Below are positions 40,368 through 54,888 of a stretch of DNA of 64,000 bases, piece after piece; the first letter of the stretch is position 1; each line of letters opens with the position of its first letter. Both the position numbers and the translations under genes were made by a program. This DNA comes from an uncultured Myxococcales bacterium (GTDB lineage: Bacteria > Myxococcota_A > Bradymonadia > REDH01): contig CBDUJZ010000005.1 in assembly GCA_965367675.1 (NCBI GenBank), positions 5,027-69,026 on the forward strand. Reading direction: 5' to 3'. Below the pieces are notes generated by a model. It worked only from the letters and a program-made list of their open reading frames with translations. It searched no databases and was not told the origin of the DNA.

Positions 40368-43300
40368 TTAGGCGAGCTCCGGATTAGGGTTGGAAATCTT
40401 GGCGAGGTAGGTCGTTCGCGGATGCGAGTTAACCCACGACAGCAAGGCGTAGTCTCGGTCTTTGGCGCGCAGCTGAGACACACGTGAGTGCGGGTCAGCG
40501 ACGTTACCGAACACGATGCTGCCGGAGGGGCAGGCTTGCTCGCATGCGGTGACGATGGTTCCGTCCTGAACGATTCCGTCGGGGCGATCGACCTTGGCGT
40601 CGATGCGCGCGGCGTTCACGCGCTGGATGCAGTACGTGCACTTCTCCATGACACCGCGGAAACGCACGGTGACGTCCGGGTTCTTCTGCATGCGGAGGAG
40701 CGGGTTCCGCTCGTCATTCTCACGCGAGAAGTTGAAGAAGTTGAAGCGTCGTACCTTGTAGGGGCAGTTGTTGGCGCAGTAGCGGGTGCCGATGCAGCGG
40801 TTGTACGCCATATCGTTGGTGCCCTGCGGGCCGTGCGTCGTCGCGGCGACCGGGCAGACCTGCTCGCAGGGTGCGTTCTCGCAATGCATGCAAGCCACCG
40901 GCTGCATCGCCACGTCCGGGTTTCCGGGGTCGCCGGAGAAGTACCGGTCGAGGCGAATCCAGTGCATCTCGCGGCCCTCGAGCACGCGCTCTTTACCGAC
41001 AACGGAGATGTTGTTCTCGGCCTGGCAGGCGACCGTGCAGGCGTTGCAGCCGGTGCAGGTGGACAGGTCGATCGACATGCCCCACTGCTGCGGGTCGGTC
41101 TCCCAGTACTGCTGACCGGGCTCACGCTCGCCATCGGCGTGCGCGGCAGCCGCAGCGTGGTCGTCGCCGTGGTCATCACCATGGTCGTCGCCGTGCGCGT
41201 TCTCGTCGCCATGGCCATCGCCGTGGTCGTCGCCGTGCGCGCCGCCTTGCTCGGCCAGGTGGTCCACATCCCAGAGCGAGTAGAGCTTGCCCTCGGGCAT
41301 GAGCTCGGTGTCGTCTACGAACGTGGGGTTGGCCGTGTAGTCCGTGATGGTCGCTTCGCGGATCAGCGGGCGGCCTTCCATGGAGCCGTGGTCCTGCGTG
41401 GTCGCGATCATGTACGTGCCGCGCGTCTTGGTGAGCGTCGCGCCGGGCGCGATCCACTCGCCGGCGGCGGTGCGCAGCTTCTGGGTCGGGAAGCCGGCCT
41501 CAGCCGCGGCGGTACCAAACTCGCGCCCGTAGCCGAGCGGCAACAGGATGACGTTCTCGGCGACACCGGGGACGACCACCGCGGGCAAGTCCAGGGACTG
41601 GCCGTTCACGGAGATGGTCACCATCGGGGCGACAAGGCCACCGCGAAGCGTCGAGGGGATGTTGGAGTCCTCTTCGAAGCGGTCGCCGTCGGTGGGCTCG
41701 GACGCGTCGCCGAACTCGATGCCGAGCGCACGCGCCGTGACCGGGTTCAGGAGTGCAGCGTTGTCCCACGTGATCTTGGTGATCGGGTCGGGGAGTTCCT
41801 GCAGCCAAGTGTTGTTGGCGTAGCGCCCGTCGAGCACCTTGTTGTCCAGGCCGAAGAGCACTTCGAGGCTGGACGTGGTCGGCATGGGAGCGGCGGTTCC
41901 GGTCTGTCCGGCGACGCCACCAAAGTTCCACTGTGCGGCGACCGGGCGGATGTCTTGTCCGATGACACCGGCGTGGAGCCACTGGCGCCAGACGCGGTCG
42001 AACTGGTCGGCGCTGGCGCCCACCGTGCTCATCCACTGCTGACGAACGAGGAGACGACCGTCGGCTTCGTTGGCGCCGACGAGCTTGCCGGCCACCTCGA
42101 TGGCGGAGCGGGAGTCGAACAGGGGCTCGATGAGCGGCTGAACGACGCTGGCGGTGCCATCGGCAGCGACGAGGTCGCCCCACGCTTCGAGCGAGTGCGC
42201 GGCGGGGATGTGCACCTTACAGGCGCGCGCTGTCTCGTCGTAGTAGAAGCCGAGGTGCACGGAGCTCGCGAGTCCGCCGATCTTGGCGGCGACGTCGAGG
42301 TCACCCGCTGCGCTGTACACCGGGTTGCCGCCGAGGATGACGAGCTTACTGACCTGTCCGCCATCGATGGCTGCGATGAGGTCGCGAAGCGTGCCGCCGG
42401 GTGCGACGGGCGCCGGGCGGTAGTCGACGGTGGCGCCGACGTTGCCGAGCGCTTGGTTGAGCATGGCGACGAGGCCATGGACCCAAGCGGGCTGGCGTTC
42501 GCCGACGGACACAACGGAGGCGCCGCGGTTGGCGAGGAGGTCGGCGCTTACGGCGCTGACCCACTGTGCGAAGCGGGGCTCGTCGCTCGTGGCGTTGAGC
42601 TCAGCGGCGAGCGCTCCGGTACCGGGTGCGTTGGCGCCACCGGCGAGGACCGCACGGCTGAGGGCCTTCACGAAGGTGCCGATCTGGGAGGCCGGCAGCT
42701 GGTAGCGGTTGTCCGAGGTCGCGCCGGTGGGCGAGAACGCGGGCTCGATCGCGTAGAGGCGGTTCATTCCGCCGGCTGCGTCGGTGTTACGTCCTTCGGC
42801 AAAGCCGGCGGCGTTGGCGACACAGTTCGGCCCGCTCGCGAGGAGGTCGGAGTCGATAGCGACGATGACCTTGGCGGCGGCGGTGCGGAAGAACGGGCGA
42901 AGGTTTGCGCCGCCGACCATCGCGAGACCGTCGGCCTCGTTGGCGCGCACGTCAGCGCCATCGCGGAACACCTTGGCGCCAGCGCGCACAGCGCGACCGA
43001 GCAGAGCGTTGAGCGTGGGCGAAGCGGCGCCGTCGATCAGGATGGCGGTCTGCGCGTCGAGCGCGGGCAGCGCTTGAACGGCAGCATCAACGGTCGCGGG
43101 GGCACCGTTGACGACCGCGCCGCGGCTGCGGTCGGGGTCGTACAGGCCGAGCACAGCGGCTTGGACGATCGCGGTGGAGCGTCCAAGGCTGGCCGGGTGT
43201 GCGGCGTTGCCTTCAATCTTGGTGGGGCGGCCGTCCTGGCTCTCGACGAGGATGCCTTGCACGTGGTCGCCGACTTGGATGGCCGTGGCGAACATGCGGG

Positions 43301-43571
43301 CATCGCCGGGGATCAGATCCTCGGGTCGCTCGGCGTAGGGCAGGATGTACTGCGCGGGCTTGCGGACGCAGCCGGAGAGGCCGGCGCCGGCGAGCGCGGT
43401 GCTCGCGCCCATGAGACCCACGAAGGTCCGTCGGCTCATGCCGTCGAGTTCGACCTCGTCGGCTTCTTGGGCCTGGAATTCACGGTGGAGAGTGCGCTCA
43501 AACTTGGGCGATTTGCCCAGATCGTCGAGGCTTCGCCAGTAGCGCTTTGTGCTCATCGATCCCTTGCTCAT
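40368..43571 (-). CDS. actB: Alternative complex III subunit ActB (TAT-exported molybdopterin-oxidoreductase-like + Fe-S domain)
   Basis: YWRSL, SRRTF twin-arginine, [58 protein letters not shown]; ATGA overlap with actA stop. Confidence 0.95.
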   Translation of the reverse strand: MSKGSMSTKRYWRSLDDLGKSPKFERTLHREFQAQEADEVELDGMSRRTFVGLMGASTALAGAGLSGCVRKPAQYILPYAERPEDLIPGDARMFATAIQVGDHVQGILVESQDGRPTKIEGNAAHPASLGRSTAIVQAAVLGLYDPDRSRGAVVNGAPATVDAAVQALPALDAQTAILIDGAASPTLNALLGRAVRAGAKVFRDGADVRANEADGLAMVGGANLRPFFRTAAAKVIVAIDSDLLASGPNCVANAAGFAEGRNTDAAGGMNRLYAIEPAFSPTGATSDNRYQLPASQIGTFVKALSRAVLAGGANAPGTGALAAELNATSDEPRFAQWVSAVSADLLANRGASVVSVGERQPAWVHGLVAMLNQALGNVGATVDYRPAPVAPGGTLRDLIAAIDGGQVSKLVILGGNPVYSAAGDLDVAAKIGGLASSVHLGFYYDETARACKVHIPAAHSLEAWGDLVAADGTASVVQPLIEPLFDSRSAIEVAGKLVGANEADGRLLVRQQWMSTVGASADQFDRVWRQWLHAGVIGQDIRPVAAQWNFGGVAGQTGTAAPMPTTSSLEVLFGLDNKVLDGRYANNTWLQELPDPITKITWDNAALLNPVTARALGIEFGDASEPTDGDRFEEDSNIPSTLRGGLVAPMVTISVNGQSLDLPAVVVPGVAENVILLPLGYGREFGTAAAEAGFPTQKLRTAAGEWIAPGATLTKTRGTYMIATTQDHGSMEGRPLIREATITDYTANPTFVDDTELMPEGKLYSLWDVDHLAEQGGAHGDDHGDGHGDENAHGDDHGDDHGDDHAAAAAHADGEREPGQQYWETDPQQWGMSIDLSTCTGCNACTVACQAENNISVVGKERVLEGREMHWIRLDRYFSGDPGNPDVAMQPVACMHCENAPCEQVCPVAATTHGPQGTNDMAYNRCIGTRYCANNCPYKVRRFNFFNFSRENDERNPLLRMQKNPDVTVRFRGVMEKCTYCIQRVNAARIDAKVDRPDGIVQDGTIVTACEQACPSGSIVFGNVADPHSRVSQLRAKDRDYALLSWVNSHPRTTYLAKISNPNPELA

Positions 43572-44215
43572 CGGTGGCACCCCCCGCAGTGAAGAGGCGG
43601 GTTCACGTCGCGTTCACGCGTGGGGTCCGTGTGCGGGTTGTAGTCCGCGGTCTCGGTGTCCCAAGCCATGTTCGTAATCTCGCTGCGCGGACGCAGGTTC
43701 GGCTCTGGATCGCGGTGACAGTCCAAGCACCAGCTCATGCTGAGCGGTTGGTCTTGGTGCACCACTTCCATGTGGTCGATACGGCCGTGGCAGCTGCTGC
43801 AGCCGACGCCCGCCGCGAGGTGCGCGCTGTGGTCGAAGTAGGCGTAGTCGGGGAGCATGTGCACACGCACCCACTCGACCGGCTCGCCCGTCTCCGCCGA
43901 CGCCCGGACCGGCGCCAAGCGCTCGCTTTCCGGCAGCACCGTCGCGTGACAGTTCATGCACGTTGCGGTGGGGGGGACGGCCGCATGGGCGCCCTCCTCT
44001 ACCGTGTTGTGACAGTAACGGCAGTCCATCCCCATCTCTCCAGCGTGCAGCTGGTGAGAGAAGGAGACAGGCTGCTCTGGTTGATACCCCACGTCCGTAA
44101 ACTTGGGGGAAAACCAGTACCAAATGACAAATATGGCGACCACTCCCACGACGGGAGGCAAGGCGGCGAGCGCCAGGGGTACGCGATTTGTCCAGCGTGG
44201 GAAGAGCTGAGCCAC
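43568..44215 (-). CDS. actA: Alternative complex III pentaheme cytochrome c ActA
   Basis: N-terminal TM, QPVSFSHQLHAG, five CxxCH (CRYCH, CMNCH, CSSCH, CLDCH, CGGCH); GTG start. Confidence 0.95.
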   Translation of the reverse strand: MAQLFPRWTNRVPLALAALPPVVGVVAIFVIWYWFSPKFTDVGYQPEQPVSFSHQLHAGEMGMDCRYCHNTVEEGAHAAVPPTATCMNCHATVLPESERLAPVRASAETGEPVEWVRVHMLPDYAYFDHSAHLAAGVGCSSCHGRIDHMEVVHQDQPLSMSWCLDCHRDPEPNLRPRSEITNMAWDTETADYNPHTDPTRERDVNPPLHCGGCHR

Positions 44216-44510
44216 TGCTAGGTCCTCGAAAGTGAATGCCGTAGCGCCGTGCCGTTCTCCGTCACGCGTGCGGGTCTGACTGAACGCTCATTCACTGGCA
44301 AAAAGGGCTCGAAAGAATCAGAAAGGATGCGCCTAACTAGGCGTCACCCAACACTGCGCGTGATTGGCAGTGTTTAGAGAACTCGGTTCGATTGTCCGCT
44401 CCGTCGTTTGACCGACTTTCGCAGACGCTGTGGACCCATCGGGAATGGGCCTCGTAGGCGGCGCGGACGGTAGTCAGACGCAGCCAAGGTAGCAACTGTT
44501 TTGTGCGCCT

Positions 44511-44535
44511 ATTGTGGACCTCGGGCATCCACAAT
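44511..44535. promoter_or_regulatory. Palindromic candidate operator upstream of actA
   Basis: ATTGTGGA-N9-TCCACAAT perfect 8-bp inverted repeat, AT-richer than background. Confidence 0.35.
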
Positions 44536-44803
44536 GTCGAGCGTTTCCGCGGGCCGGAACTCGCTCGACGCTGGCGCGTTTGCTCCATCCCCACACGCTT
44601 GTCAAGCCCCCGAGCCCCCGAATCGGCACGCCATCGTCACCGAACGCTATACGCCCGAATCCCCTTTGCGCGCGCCCGACAGCGCCGAATGACGCAGTGC
44701 GGCATCACACACCCCGAGATTCCCCAATCTTGACGCAGGCTTGCCCCGATCGGTGGCCACAATACCCCGCGTTGGACGCCCGTCAGCGCGCCTCCGCTGC
44801 CGT

Positions 44804-44849
44804 CTCTTCCGCTCGATCCCTCCGCCCTCTTCCGCTCGATCCCTCCGCC
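44804..44849. repeat. 23-bp tandem duplication
   Basis: CTCTTCCGCTCGATCCCTCCGCC x2. Confidence 0.9.
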
Positions 44850-44884
44850 GACGACCACCCGTCGCGTCCGCCGCCGATGCGCGC

Positions 44885-45331
44885 CTAGTTCCGAGGCGGG
44901 AGGTGCTGCGACAGGGCTGTCGCGATCCGCTGAGCCGACACAATCGCGTGGCGCGCCTGGGGATCGGGGAACACCTCGTGCGCCGTCTCCGTGAACAGCT
45001 CGAGCCAGCGATCGAACTGCGCGTGGCTCAGCTCGGCGATCCCACGGTGCAACATCTGCGGGTTGCCGCGCGGCGAAGGCTTGAAACCCGGCTCGGAGCG
45101 GAGGATCGCCCGCCAGAACAGCACCATCCGCGCCAGGTGCGGGGTCCAGTCCTCGATGCGTGCAGCGAAGATCGGGCCGAGCAGCGGCTCGGCCTGCACG
45201 CGGTCATAGAAGCTGTGCACCAGCCGTTCGATCGAAGGCAGTGGCCACACCTCGTCCGCGTCGGGCGCGGGCTCGGTGGGCAAGAGCGAGATGGGACGGG
45301 AGCCGTTCTTAGGCGTGTCGTTCGAGCGCAT
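44885..45331 (-). CDS. Group III truncated haemoglobin
   Basis: IERLVHSFYDRVQAEPLLGPIF, DWTPHLARMVLFW, NPQMLH, FDRWLELF, AQRIA; start at MRSNDT. Confidence 0.9.
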   Translation of the reverse strand: MRSNDTPKNGSRPISLLPTEPAPDADEVWPLPSIERLVHSFYDRVQAEPLLGPIFAARIEDWTPHLARMVLFWRAILRSEPGFKPSPRGNPQMLHRGIAELSHAQFDRWLELFTETAHEVFPDPQARHAIVSAQRIATALSQHLPPRN

Positions 45332-45483
45332 GCGGGGCCCTTCGTGGGGTGCAGAGCCAGTGCGGAAGCGGCGGTGGCGATCTAGACCACGACGCGCTGG
45401 CAATTTAAACCAGCATACGGACTAAACTCGCACACGCAACTGACGAAGCGACCTCGTACGGTCATTCTGAGGCGCACGAGCGG

Positions 45484-48987
<3,504 letters not shown>

Positions 48988-49278
48988 GGGTGTCTTTCGA
49001 CCCGCTCGGCGGTCGCGCGTCAAGGGCCGTGTGGGGCGGTTTGGGGGGTGGGGTTTTCGCGGAGGGGGGAAGGAATCGTAGGTGCCGAAAATCGAAGGGG
49101 ATCTGCCGGTTTGAAAGTTAATCGCGAGTCACTTGATTCGGATCCGGTGTTCCGTTAGGTTTCGCCGCGATTTTGAAAGGTGCGATGATGTACGTCCAAT
49201 CGCCCCTTTTTCTGAGCACGAACCTCAGTAGATTCGACCGACCGCGCCATGCGGTCTTAACCCCTTGAGAGCTGTTCC

Positions 49279-50673
49279 ATGAACAACCTGCGTTACCTGT
49301 TTGCCCTTTCCCTCGTTGCCGGCCTCGCGGCCTGTGGCGATGACGACACGACCACCGCCGACACGGGCGTAGCCGACACCGGTGCTGACGCCGGCGGCGA
49401 CACGACCGAGGCCGACACGACCGAGGCCGACACGACCGAGACCGACACCACCGTGGTGCCGGACGAGATCTGCGACGACGGCGAAGACAACGACGAAGAC
49501 GGCGACATCGACTGCGACGACTCCGACTGCGACGGCACGGAAGCGTGTAAGGAGCCGGTTCCCGAGGACACCGATGCGCTCTGCGACGACGGCGAAGACA
49601 ACGACGAAGACGGCGACATCGACTGCGATGACTCCGACTGCGCGACGACCACGCCGTGCCTTACGGCGGATTGCCCGGCGCCCGGCGAAGTCCGCGGCGG
49701 CGAGTGCGTCCAGCCCAACGAGCCGGTTGAGGGTGCCGAGGGCACGTACTCGTACCTGAACTCGCTCGCGATCCCGACGTCGGGTACCGACGCCGAGTGC
49801 TGCTTCGACTTCAACAACGACGGCGTCGTCGACAACGCGCTCTCCGGCGTGCTCGACCTTGTCGGCACGATGGCGGACGACATCGACGTCACCGCGCTCG
49901 TGGAAGAGGCCCTCGAGGCCGACGACATCGCGCTGGTCCTCTCGTGGGGCAAGGGCGAGAACGAGGAAGGCTTCCACATCTACCTGGCGACGAACGACGT
50001 CGACGGAAACGGTGAGCCCGACCAGGCGTTCGCTGACCGTGTTGACGGCGCCGGCATCTTCCAGCTCATGACGGACGCCGTCGACGAGTACGGCTCGCTC
50101 GTGCAGTTCAACGTCGCGACCCGCGACGGTGATGTTGTCACGGCCGGCCCGTCGCAGTTCCGTCTGTCGCTCCCGATCGCCGCTGGCGGAATCGAGCTCG
50201 ACCTCGACCTCACGATCGAGCAAGCCACGATCGAAGGCGCGACCGTCGTCACCGACACCGGTATCGCGTCGGTGGACGAGACGTTCGACATCGACGGCGA
50301 AGACGTCGAGTTCGGCGGCATGAAGCTCGGTGGCGTTGTGCCGCTGGACCAGCTTGGTGCCCTGCTTGAGGACCTCGCGTCCGACTGCACCTGCGCGGGC
50401 TTCGACCCGAGCCTCCCGGTCATCAACTACGGCGACGACGGCGAGACCTACGTCCTCGAGTGCGCTCAGACGCCCGCCGCTGGCTGCACCGCCGACGACG
50501 GCCTCGTCTGTGAGAACCTCAGCACGGCCTGTGGCTTCCTCAGCATCATCGTTGGCGTCCTCTCGGACATCGACATGAACGACAACGGCGTCGGCGACGC
50601 GTTCTCGGTCGGTATCCGCTTCGGCGCGACCGGCGCGACGCTTGCTGACCCGGCGTTCGTTCCCGGCGAGTAA
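49279..50673 (+). CDS. Acidic Cys-rich surface lipoprotein with disulfide/Ca-binding-like repeats
   Basis: Lipobox LAA|C; DTTEA x3; [20 protein letters not shown] x2; several Dx(D/N)xDG motifs; strong codon bias; own terminator. Confidence 0.85.
   Translation: MNNLRYLFALSLVAGLAACGDDDTTTADTGVADTGADAGGDTTEADTTEADTTETDTTVVPDEICDDGEDNDEDGDIDCDDSDCDGTEACKEPVPEDTDALCDDGEDNDEDGDIDCDDSDCATTTPCLTADCPAPGEVRGGECVQPNEPVEGAEGTYSYLNSLAIPTSGTDAECCFDFNNDGVVDNALSGVLDLVGTMADDIDVTALVEEALEADDIALVLSWGKGENEEGFHIYLATNDVDGNGEPDQAFADRVDGAGIFQLMTDAVDEYGSLVQFNVATRDGDVVTAGPSQFRLSLPIAAGGIELDLDLTIEQATIEGATVVTDTGIASVDETFDIDGEDVEFGGMKLGGVVPLDQLGALLEDLASDCTCAGFDPSLPVINYGDDGETYVLECAQTPAAGCTADDGLVCENLSTACGFLSIIVGVLSDIDMNDNGVGDAFSVGIRFGATGATLADPAFVPGE
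49471..49641 (+). repeat. Two near-identical 60-bp coding repeats 111 bp apart
   Basis: TGCGACGACGGCGAAGACAACGACGAAGACGGCGACATCGACTGCGA at 49471 and 49582. Confidence 0.9.
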
Positions 50674-50691
50674 TCGCTAGCAACGCTACGC

Positions 50692-50730
50692 AGAGGCCGC
50701 GTCCTTAGGGACGCGGCCTCTCGCGTTTTT
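50692..50730 (+). terminator. Rho-independent terminator
   Basis: AGAGGCCGCGTCC-TTAG-GGACGCGGCCTCT stem then CGCGTTTTT. Confidence 0.85.
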
Positions 50731-51002
50731 GGGAAGCGAAACACACCGCCCGTCCACGCCCTTGCCCAACACCAACCGCGGCACCTGGGGCCGACGAAAC
50801 GATCCACGTCAGCGCCTCTGGGGGGCGATTCCGATGAAGTGCGCTACCTGTCTTCCTGTCCACTCGTCGCCAGCACCGCGGCCTGCAGCGACACGACGAC
50901 ACCGACACGACGACATCAACAAGAGACATCGACAACGACAACGCGACGGCGCCTACGCCTGAACTGCGTGCCCATCACGACCGGAAGGCGTAGAATCCAC
51001 CC

Positions 51003-51578
51003 ATGACGAGCAACCACCGACGACAACTCGCCCTCCACGCCACCCGCGCCGTCGCCCTGGGTGGCGCGCTCACGATGGTCGGAGGCTGCGCATCGCGCTC
51101 CGCCGCTGAACCGGAAGCCGCGTCCGGCGACAGCGAGCTGCGCACCCAGCGTCCGATCTTGGTGGTGGACTCCGCAGGCTCTGGAACGACCGCGCCCAAC
51201 ACCGGCGACGAGGCTCCGACGCCCGAGAGTCCAGTGGTCGGCGACGTGGTGCGCGCCGAGGGGAACCTGGTGCCCGACGCCCTACCGGACGACCTACGGG
51301 CGGCCACCCCGGTTCCGCTGCCGACCAGCCAACCCTCGGCACTGCCGACCAGCCAACCCTCGGCCGCCGAACTGGCAGCGGGCGGCGACGGCTCCGGAGA
51401 CGCTGAAGTCGCCTGCTCTAAAGAGAACGACGGCGTGTGCCCCGACGCGTGTGACCGCAACACGGACGCCGACTGCTGCTCGCAGGTCGACCATGGCCAA
51501 GCGCCCTGCTTCTTCGATCCGAACGGCGGCTGCGTGTGCGCGGTGTTCGGGCCTTTTGCTCCGCCCTCTTTCGCTTAA
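51003..51578 (+). CDS. Small lipoprotein with Cys-rich C-terminal domain
   Basis: Lipobox VGG|C; LPTSQPSA x2; 8 Cys in the last ~55 aa ending CAVFGPFAPPSFA. Confidence 0.7.
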   Translation: MTSNHRRQLALHATRAVALGGALTMVGGCASRSAAEPEAASGDSELRTQRPILVVDSAGSGTTAPNTGDEAPTPESPVVGDVVRAEGNLVPDALPDDLRAATPVPLPTSQPSALPTSQPSAAELAAGGDGSGDAEVACSKENDGVCPDACDRNTDADCCSQVDHGQAPCFFDPNGGCVCAVFGPFAPPSFA

Positions 51579-52648
51579 CGCGAAGCGGCGAGCTGGCGTT
51601 CGAGCGTGAGCAGTAGCGCGCGGTAGGCGGGCTCGCCGGCGTTGTACGCGATGGCGAGGTTCAGATTCGTGCGCGCCATGTCGATGCGATTCGCGCTCAG
51701 GTCGGCCTTGGCAGCCTCAAAGTAATCGTTTGCGCGTAGCGCGCGCTCCGGCGTGGCGGCCGGGCTGGACGGAACATCGGCCGCCTCATCGCGGTGCTGC
51801 TTCACGATTTTGCGCAGTCGCTCAACCGACCAGGGTGTCTCTCGGGCACGTGCGCCGTTGGAGACGTCGAGGCGCTCGGAGTCCGGGAAGCGGATCGCGG
51901 GACCGGATGCGCTGTAGGTCACTTGTCGCTCGGTCGGCTCGTTGTCGTCGAACTCTTCGGCTGCGACGTCGGAGAGAAAGTGCTTGCCGGACATGCCGGC
52001 CTCACCTGTGCGCCGGGAGAAATCTCGCGTGCCGTTGGCAACGACCGGGACGACGCGGGACGCCACAAGCGGCCGCCCCCCCTCGTCATCATCGACCATG
52101 GACTTTCCGGTCCAGGTGCTCTCGATCACATCGTTCTCGGCGGCGCTGCTTCGAGTGGTGCCCGAGATGAGGGCACTGTCGACCGACGTCTCATCGATCA
52201 CGGCGGGGATCCCGCGGGGTGTATCGCTCCGCCGTCCAAAGTCCTTTCGCAGCGCGGCCATTGGCGCGTCTGCAGAGCGCGTGGGCTCTTGACGGAAGGT
52301 CGGCCGCACCGACTCGTCGACCGGCGGGATGCGCTTGGTGACAGCGGCCGGGGCCTTTGGCGGGGTTTCAAACCGGAGGGCGAGCAGCCGGTCGCGGAGG
52401 CGCGCGTCGACGGTGATCTGCAGTCCGACGGCCGAGCGCCCGTTGGGCTGCGGTATCTCGGGGAGACCAACGACGGCGTCGATCTCGTGAGCCTTGCCGG
52501 CGAAATCGACCCGCAGGGTTACCTGCTCAAGCAGGTCGACGGCCCCATTGCACGGAACCAGCGCGCGGCCTTGCAACAGCTGGGTATCCACGAAGTCCGT
52601 GAGGGCTTGCGCGGTATCGAACGAGATGGGGAGCACCCGGACGGACAT
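51575..52648 (-). CDS. Hypothetical protein: degenerate PilZ-like N-domain, disordered linker, C-terminal TPR-like helix pair
   Basis: N-terminal beta pattern resembling myxobacterial PilZ-like domains (VTLRVDF...AVGLQI); C-terminal ARTNLNLAIAYNAGEPAYRALL; GGAG SD. Confidence 0.6.
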   Translation of the reverse strand: MSVRVLPISFDTAQALTDFVDTQLLQGRALVPCNGAVDLLEQVTLRVDFAGKAHEIDAVVGLPEIPQPNGRSAVGLQITVDARLRDRLLALRFETPPKAPAAVTKRIPPVDESVRPTFRQEPTRSADAPMAALRKDFGRRSDTPRGIPAVIDETSVDSALISGTTRSSAAENDVIESTWTGKSMVDDDEGGRPLVASRVVPVVANGTRDFSRRTGEAGMSGKHFLSDVAAEEFDDNEPTERQVTYSASGPAIRFPDSERLDVSNGARARETPWSVERLRKIVKQHRDEAADVPSSPAATPERALRANDYFEAAKADLSANRIDMARTNLNLAIAYNAGEPAYRALLLTLERQLAASR

Positions 52649-52950
52649 TGCATCTCCAGGTTAAGGTCTAGCGCGAGGAGGGACCGCCACGTGAGCGCCA
52701 GTTGGCGCCCCGGACGGATAGGTCGGCGGGGACGGCTGGACCATCCGACAGGCGGACGGTCGTACAACGGTGGCGACGGGCACCAAAGTCGGAGGATATC
52801 GTACACCTCGCCCGTTCGAGCATCAAGAGGCGACCCCGCTTTGTCGCGGAATCGCTGGCCTGGGTGGATTGTGCGAGAGTTCGCCTTGCCGGACCGCGCC
52901 ACTCGACCTAAAGTGCGGGCCCCTTCGACGCACACCAGGACCGCTCTCGC

Positions 52951-54759
52951 ATGTCTTTTAATCCGGACAATCCCCTCATCGTCCAGTCCGACAAGACTAT
53001 CCTCTTGGAGACGCACTCCCCTCGTTTCGAGGAGGCGCGCGACGCACTGAGCGGCTTCGCCGAGCTCGTGAAGAGCCCGGAGCACATCCATACGTACCGC
53101 ATCACGCCGCTGTCGCTGTGGAACGCAGCCGCTTTGGGTTGGGAGCCGAGCGAGGTCAAAGCGACCTTGGCGAACCTGACCAAGTACGAGCTGCCGCAGA
53201 ACGTGCTGGCCGACATCGACGAGTACATCGCGCGCTACGGCCGGATCGTGCTCATCAAAGAGGACGGCGACTTTTGGATCGAATCCGACGATCCGGTCGC
53301 GCTGGCCGAGGTCTGCGCCCACAAGCTGGTGCAACCACACTTGGCCGGCGCGCTCATCGACGGCCGCGTACGCATTAAGGAAGGCGAGCGCGGCTTCATC
53401 AAGCACGCCTTGATCCGCGTCGGCTACCCCGTCGAGGACCTCGGCGGTTACATCGAAGGCGAGCCGCTGGAGCTCGAGCTTCGTAGCCCCACGCTGGAAG
53501 GCCACCAGTTCGGCTTGCGCACGTACCAGAACGAGTCGGTTGGCGCGTTCTACGCGGGCGGCACCGAGCGCGGCGGGTCCGGCGTTGTCGTGCTGCCCTG
53601 TGGCGCGGGTAAAACCGTCGTCGGCATCGGCGCCATGAACGAGGTCGGCGCGCACACGCTCATCTTGACCACCAACGTGACCGCGCTGCGCCAGTGGCGA
53701 AACGAGATCCTCGACAAGACGACGCTCTCTCCCGACGACGTCGGCGAGTACTCCGGCGAGCGCAAGGAGATCAAACCGGTCACGATCACCACGTACCAAA
53801 TCCTCACCTACCGCCGGAAGAAGACCGAGCAGTTTGCTCACTTCCACGTGTTCGACGAGGCCAACTGGGGCCTGATCATCTACGATGAGGTCCACCTGCT
53901 GCCCGCGCCGGTGTTCCGCGCCGTCGCCAACCTTCAGAGCCGCCGACGCCTCGGGCTGACCGCGACGCTCGTGCGCGAGGACGGTAAGGAAGAGGAGGTC
54001 TTCAGCCTCATCGGACCCAAGAAGTACGACGTGCCGTGGCGCGTGCTTGAGAAGCAGGGCTTTGTCGCCGAAGCGACCTGCACCGAGATCCGCGTGCCCT
54101 TCAACGACAACGACCTGCGGCTGGAGTACGCGCTCGCGGACCAGCGCCGCAAGTACCGGCTCTCCGCGACCAACCCGGCCAAGCTCGTGGTCGTCGAGTC
54201 ACTCATTAAGAAGCACGAGAACGACCGCGTGCTCGTGATCGGTCAGTACCTCGACCAGCTCCACGCGCTGTCCGAGCTGCTCGACGCGCCGATCATCACC
54301 GGCGAGACCAAGCAGGTCGACCGCGATGTGCTCTACCGCGGCTTCCGCGACGGCAGCATCAAGCGCCTCGTGGTGTCCCGCGTGGCCAACTTCGCCGTCG
54401 ACCTCCCGGACGCCAACGTCGCCATCCAGGTGAGCGGTACGTTCGGTTCGCGCCAGGAAGAAGCGCAGCGTCTGGGCCGCGTGCTCCGTCCCAAGGGCGG
54501 AGACAACCAAGCGTCGTTCTACACGCTGGTGACCCAAGACTCGACCGAGCAAGAGTTCTCCACCAAGCGACAGCTCTTCCTCACCGAGCAGGGCTACCGC
54601 TACGAGATCCAGGCGTACTCGTTCGACAAAGAGAAGCAGGACGCGGCCGATATCGAGAACGCCAAGAAGGACGCCGCCAAGAAGGTCGCGCGCTTGGAAG
54701 CCAAGGAAGCCGCAAAGGAAGCCGACGCTGCGAAGGCCGCCGAAGAAGCCGGCGAATAG
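52951..54759 (+). CDS. XPB/Rad25-like DNA repair helicase
   Basis: PLIVQSDKTILLE, KSPEHIHTYRITPLSLWNA, LPCGAGKT, DEVH, QEEAQRLGRVLRPK. Confidence 0.95.
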   Translation: MSFNPDNPLIVQSDKTILLETHSPRFEEARDALSGFAELVKSPEHIHTYRITPLSLWNAAALGWEPSEVKATLANLTKYELPQNVLADIDEYIARYGRIVLIKEDGDFWIESDDPVALAEVCAHKLVQPHLAGALIDGRVRIKEGERGFIKHALIRVGYPVEDLGGYIEGEPLELELRSPTLEGHQFGLRTYQNESVGAFYAGGTERGGSGVVVLPCGAGKTVVGIGAMNEVGAHTLILTTNVTALRQWRNEILDKTTLSPDDVGEYSGERKEIKPVTITTYQILTYRRKKTEQFAHFHVFDEANWGLIIYDEVHLLPAPVFRAVANLQSRRRLGLTATLVREDGKEEEVFSLIGPKKYDVPWRVLEKQGFVAEATCTEIRVPFNDNDLRLEYALADQRRKYRLSATNPAKLVVVESLIKKHENDRVLVIGQYLDQLHALSELLDAPIITGETKQVDRDVLYRGFRDGSIKRLVVSRVANFAVDLPDANVAIQVSGTFGSRQEEAQRLGRVLRPKGGDNQASFYTLVTQDSTEQEFSTKRQLFLTEQGYRYEIQAYSFDKEKQDAADIENAKKDAAKKVARLEAKEAAKEADAAKAAEEAGE

Positions 54760-54888
54760 CACGCCCGGCGCTTCCACCGAGAAGCACTGAAGTCGTCCGC
54801 GCCGCTGGTACGCCCACCGGCGCGGACGTACTTCTAGTCCCTGGATCGACCACACGTCGACGCATCGCGCGCCCCGCTGAACCCGCCG

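Noticed and set aside
40368-43571. Catalytic molybdoenzyme (e.g. polysulfide or DMSO reductase)
   Set aside because: Operon context actA-F and the fused Fe-S domain identify ActB, which is known to lack the Mo cofactor
52951-54759. Helicase of an anti-phage defence island
   Set aside because: Typical stand-alone bacterial XPB; no nuclease, methylase or other defence genes adjacent and composition matches the core genome
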